Shown here: positions 28,033 to 37,900 of the stretch, one piece after another | Layout of the letters: the number at the start of each line of letters is the position of its first letter | Numbering within the stretch: the stretch's first letter is position 1 | IMG/VR virus record: IMGVR_UViG_3300020577_013858 | Strand: one strand, 5' to 3' | DNA: 64,000 bases | Origin: an uncultured virus (IMG/VR IMGVR_UViG_3300020577_013858) | Lineage: Duplodnaviria; Heunggongvirae; Uroviricota; Caudoviricetes | Made by a program: the position numbers and the translations under genes | Notes under the pieces: generated by a model | Seen by the model: the letters and a program-made list of their open reading frames with translations, nothing else | Told to the model about the DNA's origin: nothing | Database searches by the model: none

Positions 28033-28074
28033 GCTTATGGATTGTCTTCCGGTTTTACAGTAGAGTCAACGCTC
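28033..28074. promoter_or_regulatory. Overlapping divergent promoters
   Basis: Minus: TTGACT-N17-GACAAT; plus: TGGATT-N17-TAGAGT; each -10 lies 8 nt from an ATG. Confidence 0.6.
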
Positions 28075-31000
28075 ATGGACTCTGGTTCTCCGTCCGTGCC
28101 GCACGCGTTCGCGCAACAGGTCGAAGATTTGAGGTATCAGTGGGGGCTCGTGCATAGCGCCCTGCGTGCCTACTACCGGCGACGGTGGCGTCTCGACGAC
28201 GACGGCGAACGGGTCGAAAAGGAGCCGTCCAATCGCGGTCTCGGCGGGCTGGAGAAGCGCGACGCGGCGATCACGCGCGCCATCGCGTCGGTCGAGAAGT
28301 ACGGGCGCGGACAGGTGTCGGTCCGCACAAAAGACGAAGCGCTCGACACGATCGACAACGAGGTGCGGCTCGCGCTCAACGCGGTGAAGCGCTGGACGGT
28401 GCGCGGTGTCGGCTGGCTGCGCAACCGGGGCGCGACGATCGCGCGCCAGGTGGGGTGGTTCCGCGCCTGGAAACGCGAGGATGCTGTCGCGTTCGAGCTT
28501 CTCGACCGCGCCCGCGTGGCGCGCGCTCAACACCCCGAGCTCGGTGCGCTCTTCGCCGACCTCTTCGCCGCGATGGGCCGCGAAGGCTTCGCGGCCGAGC
28601 TGCGCAAGCCCGTCGCGACCGGGGACGATCAAACGCTCCCTTCGGTCGAGGATTGCCGTGCGCTCCCGCCGCGAAAGCGCGCGAACATTCTCAAGCACAT
28701 GATGTGCTGCGTCGTGGCGGCGTTGCGCGAGGCCAAGGTCGCGCGTTCGCGCGTCACCGTGCTGCGTCTCAAGAGCTCGGATTCCGGGTTGATCCTGCGT
28801 GCCGAAGGTGTAGAGCAGGGAGTGTTTGTCTCGACGCTGCGAGAGTCCGATTGGACGCTCGCGTGCGACGGGATCACGCGGTGGGTCGCGCAGCTCGCGG
28901 CGCCCGCCGCCGCGCCTGCGACCGAACCCGAGGAGCCCCCCGTGAAGCCCTACACCGCCGATCGAAACGCCGCACTGATTCTCGCCGAGATGGGCGCGCA
29001 GCCCGAAGACACGCTCCCGAACGCCGTTCTCCAGCACGAGGCGTCGCTTGGATACAGCGTCGAGACCGCCGACCGTCAACGTCTCCGTCGCGAACACCTC
29101 GCGCTCGTGCAGGATCGTCTCGCCGCGGGGGTCTATCCCTCCGAAGAGGTCGCGCGCGAGTTCGGGCTGTTGAAGGACGTCGAAGCAGCGCTCGCGCGGG
29201 AGCCGGAGCTCACGGCCACGACCGAAGAGGTCGCGCGCCTCTCCGACGACGACCGCGCCGAGCTGGCGAAGGTCGCCGCGATGGAGCTCGACGCCGCGGA
29301 GGCGTACGTCCGCGAGAAGCTCAACGCGACGAATGCCGCGAACAAGGGCCTGCAAAGCGTGATCGCAGGAGAGCGCCCCTTCGGGGTCACGGCGTCGCCT
29401 GGAGAGGTGACGAAGGTCATCGCGTACAACGCCAAGAACCCCACGGTTCCGCTGGAGTTCCGGCACGTTTCGCTGTCGGTCAAGCACCGCCCGTACATCG
29501 ACCGCGACAAGAGCCCCACGCGCGGCGTGAACAACTATTGGATCTACTTTCTCTCGTCGAACACGGCGAGCGCGGTGGAGTTCGCGAAGGTCTACGGCGA
29601 CCTCGAATACGATCTTCTCACGCGCCGCTCCATGGTCACGGAAGAGCGCCTCGTCGACGTCTCGCGGCGTCTTGGGTACGCCGACGACGACACGCGCCGA
29701 TGGTTGCAGGCGCGGCGTCTGCACGAGACCGTGCGCAAGCGCCGCGCAGAGGCCAAGGACGCTGCGGAGAAGGTCGCCGCCGCGAAGGCGGCCGAACCCC
29801 CGAAGGCAGCCGAGCCCCCGAAGAGCGCTCCCGTCGCGCCGCCCAAGGTCGCGAAGGGCTCCGCGCCGGTCGGCGAATCGTTCCGTGACGTGTGGCAGTC
29901 GGCGCACGAGGTCGGGGTGTGGGGGAAGGAAAAGACCGTGCGCCCGCGTCGCCCCGGGGACACGAAGCCGGGCGTGGCGTCGGAGGTGATCCCCGTCGTG
30001 GGCGTGCTGCACGAAAGCCCGGTGAAGTGGCTCCGTGTGCGCAAGAACGTCATGGGCGATCACATCGAGCTCGCGACCGTGCGCAAGCCCACCGAGGCGT
30101 TCGAGAAGGCTGCGACGGGGGCCGGGTTCGAGTCGGTGCAGGCGGACGGTCAACGCTACTGGCGTGCGCCCGCGTCGCGTGACGAGGCCCGTCGCATCGC
30201 TCGCGCGCTCGACCCGGCGTTTCCGCTCGCGCCCGCGGACAAGACCACGGACACGACCACGGCGGACGTGCTCAAGAGCTACGAGGGCGCATCGGTGTGG
30301 ACGGCGATCGACGTGCCTGCGCAAGTCGCGTCGTCGCTGGCCGTCGCAGACGGTGTGCCGCCCGAGAAGCTGCACGTGACGCTCGTGTACAACGGCCTGC
30401 GCGCCGACCTCCCGCCTGACACCTACGCGCGGGAGGTCGAGGTCGTGCGCGACGTGGCCGCGCGTACCGCGCCGTTCGAGGTGACGACGGGCGAACTCGG
30501 GCACTTCAAGGTCGAGGGAGAAGACCCGGTGCCGCACATCGTCGCGGTGGAGTCGCCCGCGCTGCACACGTTCCGCGACGCGATCGTGGCCGAACTCGAC
30601 GCGCGCGCCATCGCGCGCGACATGAAGTTCCCCGTGTACAAGCCGCACATCACCGTGAAGTACGGCGACGCCCCGAAGATCGCGCCGTCGCCCGTGACGT
30701 TCACCGTCGCGTCCGTGCGCGTGATGGACGGCGACACGTCCACGGAGATCGCGCTCACGGGGTCCGTGACCAGTGCCGCCGACCGTGAAGAGATGGCGCG
30801 GCGCGACGAAGCCGTCGCCGCGTTCCAGCGGATCGAGGCCGATGTTGCGGCGCGTCCGCTTCCCGCAGAACTCGTCGCGGGCTTCAACAACCTGCGCGCC
30901 GATCTCGACAACCCTTTCGTGCCCGCCACGGAGATTCTGCCTCGCGTCGTCGAGTTCGAGCGCACGCTCACCGAAGCGCGCACCGCGCCCTCTCCCGCCG

Positions 31001-31992
31001 TGGATGCTCCGCTCGACGATGACGCGCTCCTGGGTATCTTCGACGCGACCACGCAACCGACGCCTGCACCTGCACCGACGCCTGCACCTGCACCGACGCC
31101 TGCACCTGCACCGACGCCTGCACCTGCACCGACGCCTGCACCTGTCGAAGTTCACCAGTGGCTCGTGCCGCTCATTCCGAAGGCCGAAGCAGCGACGGGC
31201 GTTCGTGTCGATCCGAAGCCTCTCGGTATCGGCCAGGCGGGCAACGTGTTTCGTGTCGAGGGTGCCCCGAGCGTGTTGAAGATCACCGCGTCTGAGGCCG
31301 AAGTGCGCGCGATGCAACTCGTCGCACGGGCGCGCGCAGCGGGTCACCCCTTGCCGGGGTTCGTCGCGGTCGAACGTGGTCCGTTCTATCTCGGTGAAGT
31401 CGGCGCCGTGGGCCGAAAGCCCTGGTATGTGCATACCTACGTGCGAGAGGCCGTGACGCCGCTTTCCAGTGAGGAGATTCGGGCACTCGTGCCGAAGGTG
31501 CCGCGTCAGCCGATTCCCCGCGGGGAAGATCCTTCGGAGTTCCCGCACGACAACGCTTTCATGTGGGCCTATCGCGCGGGGCTCGACGCGCAGAAGGCCG
31601 CCGCGCGGAAGGATCGCAAGGCGGAGGGGCTGGCGCGCAAGGAATACTTCACGTGGCTCCGTCGTGCGGCTGAACTCCCGGGGTTCGAGGTGCTCATGCG
31701 CAGTGTGCTTGAGCTGGCCGAAGCGGACTGGACGAAGGCGCTCGGTGGACCGTTTCACGTGCTCGACGTGAGGCCCGGCAACATGGGGCGCAACGCACGC
31801 GGTGAGATCGTCCTGTTCGACTACGACGTCGAGGGTGATGCCGAGCGCGTCGCACCGCCCGTGACCGAGGCTCCGGTCATGGTTCTGCGCGATGAGACGC
31901 CGCCTTCGGCGTCGCTCGACGAGACCACGCGGACCGGGCAAATGATCGCTGCGAAGCTGCGCGCGCGCGCGGCGGCACGGAAGGGACAGTAG
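28075..31992 (+). CDS. Polyvalent protein A (1305 aa): 2H phosphoesterase (Acb1-like) and protein-kinase-like domains
   Basis: KLHVTLVY and YKPHITVKY (two HxT motifs, about 30289-30760); LGIGQAGNVF, VLKIT, DVRPGN, LFDYD (about 31213-31827). Confidence 0.85.
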   Translation: MDSGSPSVPHAFAQQVEDLRYQWGLVHSALRAYYRRRWRLDDDGERVEKEPSNRGLGGLEKRDAAITRAIASVEKYGRGQVSVRTKDEALDTIDNEVRLALNAVKRWTVRGVGWLRNRGATIARQVGWFRAWKREDAVAFELLDRARVARAQHPELGALFADLFAAMGREGFAAELRKPVATGDDQTLPSVEDCRALPPRKRANILKHMMCCVVAALREAKVARSRVTVLRLKSSDSGLILRAEGVEQGVFVSTLRESDWTLACDGITRWVAQLAAPAAAPATEPEEPPVKPYTADRNAALILAEMGAQPEDTLPNAVLQHEASLGYSVETADRQRLRREHLALVQDRLAAGVYPSEEVAREFGLLKDVEAALAREPELTATTEEVARLSDDDRAELAKVAAMELDAAEAYVREKLNATNAANKGLQSVIAGERPFGVTASPGEVTKVIAYNAKNPTVPLEFRHVSLSVKHRPYIDRDKSPTRGVNNYWIYFLSSNTASAVEFAKVYGDLEYDLLTRRSMVTEERLVDVSRRLGYADDDTRRWLQARRLHETVRKRRAEAKDAAEKVAAAKAAEPPKAAEPPKSAPVAPPKVAKGSAPVGESFRDVWQSAHEVGVWGKEKTVRPRRPGDTKPGVASEVIPVVGVLHESPVKWLRVRKNVMGDHIELATVRKPTEAFEKAATGAGFESVQADGQRYWRAPASRDEARRIARALDPAFPLAPADKTTDTTTADVLKSYEGASVWTAIDVPAQVASSLAVADGVPPEKLHVTLVYNGLRADLPPDTYAREVEVVRDVAARTAPFEVTTGELGHFKVEGEDPVPHIVAVESPALHTFRDAIVAELDARAIARDMKFPVYKPHITVKYGDAPKIAPSPVTFTVASVRVMDGDTSTEIALTGSVTSAADREEMARRDEAVAAFQRIEADVAARPLPAELVAGFNNLRADLDNPFVPATEILPRVVEFERTLTEARTAPSPAVDAPLDDDALLGIFDATTQPTPAPAPTPAPAPTPAPAPTPAPAPTPAPVEVHQWLVPLIPKAEAATGVRVDPKPLGIGQAGNVFRVEGAPSVLKITASEAEVRAMQLVARARAAGHPLPGFVAVERGPFYLGEVGAVGRKPWYVHTYVREAVTPLSSEEIRALVPKVPRQPIPRGEDPSEFPHDNAFMWAYRAGLDAQKAAARKDRKAEGLARKEYFTWLRRAAELPGFEVLMRSVLELAEADWTKALGGPFHVLDVRPGNMGRNARGEIVLFDYDVEGDAERVAPPVTEAPVMVLRDETPPSASLDETTRTGQMIAAKLRARAAARKGQ
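28576..28596. repeat. Dispersed palindrome copy 5 (GGCCGCGAAGGCTTCGCGGCC)
   Basis: Core plus extended arms. Confidence 0.9.
31057..31143 (+). repeat. 18-bp tandem repeat CCGACGCCTGCACCTGCA (PTPAPA linker)
   Basis: Nearly 5 perfect copies. Confidence 0.95.
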
Positions 31993-31996
31993 AATC

Positions 31997-34900
31997 GTGG
32001 CAACCGGGGCGTTCAACGAACGGGTCAACCTCACGCCGACGATCGACGCGCTCGTGCAATACGAGGGCGCGTGGCGCATCGTGATCGTTCGCGCCAACAC
32101 CGACGACGTGATCGACACGGTGATGCTCGACGACGTCCGCGAGGATGCCGTCGACGTCGTGCTCGACGACCTTTTCGCCGTCGTGGCCGAAGTCGAGGCG
32201 GAGTTGTCGCCGAAGACGCCTGCACCTGCACCGACGCCCGAACCTGCACCGACGCCCGAACCTGCACCGACGCCCGAACCTGCACCGACGCCCGAACCTG
32301 CACCGACGCCCGAACCTGCACCGACGCCCGAACCTGCACCGACGCCCGACGATGAAGGCGCCGACGATGAAGAGGCCGACGACGAAGTTCGCGGGGCTGC
32401 GCGCAACGCCCGAATCGACCCCGAACTCGTCGCGTTGCGGGCGTACTTTGAGCGCCGCTACGGCGAGCTCAAGACGCCCGCAAAGGAACGTGACGCGCAG
32501 GCGCTCACCTATGCCGTCAAGCTCGGGGTGTGGCAACCCCGCGCGTTCAAGGCGGACCAGAAGACGAACCGAAAGCTCTTCGCGGAAGTGACGGGCGTTC
32601 GCATCCCCGCGAAGATCGCGGACGCGAGGGCGCTCTTTCAAGGGGAGGCGTTTCCGGTCAAGGTCGCGCTCGAACCGACCACGCCCGGCGATCTCGCGTG
32701 GGGTGGGCGCGAAGACGATCACCTCGTCTCGTTCAGCACGAAGGCGGAGGCCGAAATCTTCGCCACGCGCTACCTCAAGCATGAAGTCGCGCGCATCGCG
32801 CAACCGGACGCGCTTCCGGTCTCGGTGTATCGCGTCTACGGCGATCCGCTGCGACGTCTCATGAAAGCTCTCCCCGGGGCCTTCGGCGACGACACGGACG
32901 TCGAGCGCGGTATTCTGATTCGCGCGACGCCCCCGATGTACGCGCCGCCGATGCACGTGCATCGGGTGGACCCCGCGCGCTACGAGGGGCGTCTCACGTG
33001 GCTCCCGACGATCCACCGCGACCGCTACGAGGGGCGTTCGTCGCTTCCGTCCGATGCCGCCGCGCTGCGCGTGGTGTACGAAGCCCCGTCGCGGTCCGAG
33101 CGTGCGACGGGCGAGCAGATGTTTGCTCTGAGCGATTTCTTCGACCGCGCGGTAGACCCCCTGAACGTCGAGGCGATGCCGGAAGAGCTGCGCGCGCGCG
33201 TCGAGGCCATGCGTGACCTCGCGCGCGACGTCGACGACGACGCGGGGCCTGGCCCGGCGTACGACGCGATGGTCGATCTTCTGAACGATCTCGACGAGTA
33301 CGATGAGCGCCGTCGCGCGCGACTCGCGGAGACGCTCAACGACCCGTCCGTGCGCCGGGGCGACGACCGCTACCGCGGGCTGGTGACGATGGTCGTGCCG
33401 CGCGATCTCGACGTCGAGGGCGTGATTGAGCTGCGCGGGCTTTCGGCGCGCTCGGGCGAAGAGTCCGAGCGTATGTACCGCGCGATGACCGTCGCGGCGC
33501 TCGCGGTCCGCATTTGGCTCGTGAACCTGCACGACGTGTGGGAGGTTCAGCCCGACGACGACGTGATCGTCGAGCCGGTCTGCACGCTGTCGATCTTCGA
33601 CATGACGGCCTGCGACTGGAGCGTTCGCATTCCCTGGCACGTGGGCTATGACGAGGCGGAGGTCGATCGCCTGCGGCTTATCGCGGGCATGGCGCTGCGT
33701 CGCTACGGCGTGACGACGGATCTCCCTGTGCGCGAGAACGACGTCGCCGAAGGCTCCGAAGAGGCGGATTTCTACGAGGCCGCTCGCGGTGTGATTCGGA
33801 GCGCCATTCGCGCCACGGATAATCGTCCGCGCCGCGCGCTCGCCGAGCCTGCCCCGGTGCGACCTCGCGTCGAGGCCCCTCCCGCGGTCGAGGTGCAGCC
33901 CGCTCCCGTCGAGGCCCCTCCCGCGGTCGTCGAGGCCCCTCCCGCGGGACCCGCGTTGAACGAGGTTCATCGCCGCATTCTGCGTGCGGTGAAGGTCGAG
34001 GTCGCGCCCGGTGAAGGTCTCGATGCCGCCCGCGATGCGTTGGAGGATCTCGCGAGCGTCGCGGAACGTGGCCCCGCGCGCGAGCTCTTGGAACGGGCGT
34101 TCGCGGTGATGATCTACGACGACGTCGTCGCCGGAACCCCCTCGGAAAGTTCGCTTGCGGAGATCGAGCGCATCGAGCAAGACGCCGCGAATGCGGTGAT
34201 TCCGCCGACGTACTACGCCGAAGTTCCGCCTGAAAAGCCCGCTCCCGTCGAGGCCCCTCCCGCGGTCGAGGTGCAGCCCGCTCCGACGTTCGATGCGAAC
34301 ACGGAGCCGACCGACGCGCCCGTCGAATCGCTCCCCGCCAACAACCTCGAACGTCTCGCGCAGGTTCTCCAGCGGGTCGGGCGCGTAGTGACGGTGCTCT
34401 ACTGCGTCAAAGGGTACACGGCGTCGCTGTACTTCGTAAGCAAGGTCGTGCGTCGCGTGCTCACCGTGAAGAGCCCCGCGGTGCTCGCACCGGGCGTGAA
34501 CGTCGAGGTGCGCGGGTCGTGGCGGCATGACGATGGCACCGTCGAGCAAGACGCCACCTACCGCTTTCCCGACAAGACGATCCCCGCGGAGATGGCGTTC
34601 TATGCCTGGGATGGCGACGTCGCGCTTCCGGCGTTGCAGGTGACGGCCGAAGAGCAGACCGCCGTAGACCTCCGCGCTGCGGGCACGACCGCCGTGCCCC
34701 TCGTCGCGGGACCGCTTCGCGGGGACTACCGCCCGACGCCCTTCACCTACTACGATTTCAATCCCCTCGCGGACCCGAAGAACGCGCCGAAGTTCGAGGA
34801 AGGGGCGCGCGTCGAGATCGTGAAAAACCGCGACTCGAACTACGCGCCGAATACACCCATGGACGCTGGTTTCGTCGGACGTCACGGTGTCGTCTCGTCG

Positions 34901-37900
34901 GTCGTGTCGGTGATGTACGGGCGTGGTGAGGTGCTGCACCGCTACAAGGTCAAGACCGATGGTGGCGCGGTCGGTGATAGCTTCAACGCGGGGCAACTCG
35001 TGCGAGAAGAGGGCGAGGCGCCGATCGTTCCGGCCGATCCTGCGTCCGGTCGGATGCCGCTGGATTTGCTGCAATCCGCCGTCAATCACGATCGCAGCGC
35101 GCAGGGGCATCGCACGACCGCCGCGGGCCGCCGCAAGTGGGAGTACAAGTCGCGAGACCTCGCGCAAGCAGCGGCGGCGGAGAAGCGGCGCGACGAGGCG
35201 ATCGAATTGCTGCGACCGTGGGTTGCGCTGCACCCCGAAGCCATGCGTCATGAGCTGGCCGCGCTCAACTCGACCATTCCCTCGCACGCGGACGTTCTGG
35301 CGCTCGCGCGTCGGTTCAAGCTCGTGCCCGAGGCCCCGGTGGTCCCGTCGCCCGCGCCGACCGCGGGAAGCGCGAACGTCGTCACCGAGGCACAGCGGCG
35401 CGAGGCGCGCGCGATCATCGCGTCGATGGCATCGGGTGCGAGCGCTTCGTGGATGTTTCACGGCGCCGGGTTTCGTCGTGACGGGTCACGGCCTGGTGAA
35501 CTCGCCGTGCGTCTTCTCGTGCTCTCCAATGGCGGGCAACTCGCGGCGATGGTGCAAACGGACGGCAAGTATTCCGAGCTCGTCGACGTCAATTTCGAGG
35601 ACTACAACGACATCGACATCGGGATCAAACCGCAGGCTCCCGCGGAGATGGAGGCCACGCTCGCCAGTCTGCCCGACGTAGAGGCGCCTGCGACGCCCGC
35701 CCCTACGAGCGACGCGGCGAAGGTTTCGCCCGAGCCGAGCGGGCCGCGCGCCGTGAGCTCGCTCCCGAAGCCGGTCGGTCCCAACGCGGAGCCGTCCCTC
35801 GACGGCATCGCAGTCATCGTGGACAAGAACGGTGTCGAGCGCATCGCCCTCGCGACGCAGCGGGGCACGCGGACGCAACAGAAGGTGAGCGCCGCGAAGC
35901 GTGAAGGGAAGTGGCGCTTCTGGTTCGGGGTGAAGATTTGGACCGCGATCCTCACCCGGTCGTGGGGCGGGCGGAACGAAAGCGCGCTCGCGCTCGCGCG
36001 CGAACTCGACCCGGGCTTTGACCCGAACATGCCCCGCGTGCGCCTCGCAGGGGCGGGCGACGACGAGGGCGACGAAGGCGACGACGCGGCGTCGGAGTCG
36101 AGCACGTCGGCCGCCGCGCCGACCGCGACCCCCGAAGCCCCCCCGGCTCAACCGGCCGCCACGCCCCGCGTCGAGGTGATCGTGCGCCGCTACCGCGATG
36201 CCGTCGTCGCGGAGCTCACGTGGGAGGAGGGCGCGAAGTTCCGAGAGACGACCTTCGTGCGAGGGCGCTACGGAAAAGGCACGACGAACACGACGTCCTA
36301 CGACGCGACGACGCAGAGCGCCTCGCGCACGCTCGGAGCGAGCGTTTCGCAGTTGCGAGAGACGGGACTCGACCGCCGCAACCCGTACGAAGACGTCAAC
36401 TACATTCCTTATGGCCCGTACATCACCGACAGGCGCCGATGGGGGCGCGTGTTTCTGCGCGCCATCGCGACGAAGTATGCGGCGTTCCCCGAGCGCTTCG
36501 TCACGGAGCGCATGAAGCAGGTCCAGGCGTCTTTCGAGGCGTTCTTTGAGTCGCGGGGCTGCAAGGTCACGTCGGAGACGATCGTCGCCGTTGCGCCGCC
36601 CGAGCGTTTCCTTCAGTGGCCGGTCGAGTTCGACGTGATCGAAACGGTGGTGGGGCGGGGTCACGATCAGGACGGCGTTGAGGAACTCCTCGACTCGTAC
36701 CTTCCGATCGACCAGCCGCGCGATGCGTCCCGGGTGTTTCGTGCGTTGCTCGTGCCGCGCGATCAACTCGATTTTCAGATGGCGCGCTACCGCCGCAACG
36801 GGAGCACCTACCCTGCCATCGCGGCGGACGTGGAGACGGTGTTCAATCGACGCAATATGCGCGATACGGTCGTGCTGCGCGAGGCGTACACGCGATTCGT
36901 CGTGGTCGAGGCGGACTACACCGCGAGTCCGTTTGAGGACATGGCGCGCAATACCCCCTCCGTGCGCTTCGACGAGGCCGCCCGGTGGGCTGCGCGAGAC
37001 GACCGGGGAGGGTACGACACGAACGAGTGGCTCGGGATGGAGGCCACGACGCTCGCGCGCGCCATCCACGCCGCGCAAGACGCGGGGGTCGCCACGAAGC
37101 TCTGTGCGCGTGTGTACTTCGGCGATCAAATGCCGAACGACCTCTACTACGGCGACCTCGTGCTCTCGTCGGAGGTGATTGCGCGGTTCGAGCCGGGCGA
37201 CACGATCGCGAAGCGCGCGCTCGCACTCGCGGACGTGAATGAGTGGTTCGCGAAGCGCGTCGCGAGCGCGACGGAGCGCGATCAGCGCACCATCGCCAAG
37301 GTCTCGGCGATGTCCGTCAAGGACGTCAAAGCCGAGTACGGCATGACCCGCGATGACAAGCTGCGCGAGCTGCGCGATGACGTCGAGCGCACCGCGTTGA
37401 GCGTGCGCGAGGATTGGGCGGGGTACATCCGCGCGGCGTCGATCCTGCGCGCGTTCGGCGCGAACCTCGTGCCTGAAGTGGTCGAGACGTGTCGCCAGCA
37501 CGAGACGCCTTCGGGCGCGACGCTCTACCGCCTTCCCTCGGACGATCATCCCCGGCGCGTCGCGATCGAGGTTCGCCTTCGGCGCTCGGAAGATCACAAC
37601 CGCGTGGTGTTCGTGATCGAGGGGCGACGCGAAGAGCGCCTCTTTCGTCTGCGCGCGATCCACGACACGGCCCTCGCGTTCCCGTTCACCACGCCGCCCA
37701 CGTTCGCGTCGCGGATGTTCGGCTACTTCGGGTTCTGGGATCAGTCGAACCGGCTGGAGCTGCAATTCCCGTTCGACGCGGACGTCGACGTGCTGCGTCG
37801 GGAGGCGCACGCCTTCGTGGTGAAGGTCGCCGCGGAGTTCGCGGAGCTCGACAACTGGCCCGTCGCCAGTCTGTCGGAAAGCAATCTCCGTCACGCGGGC

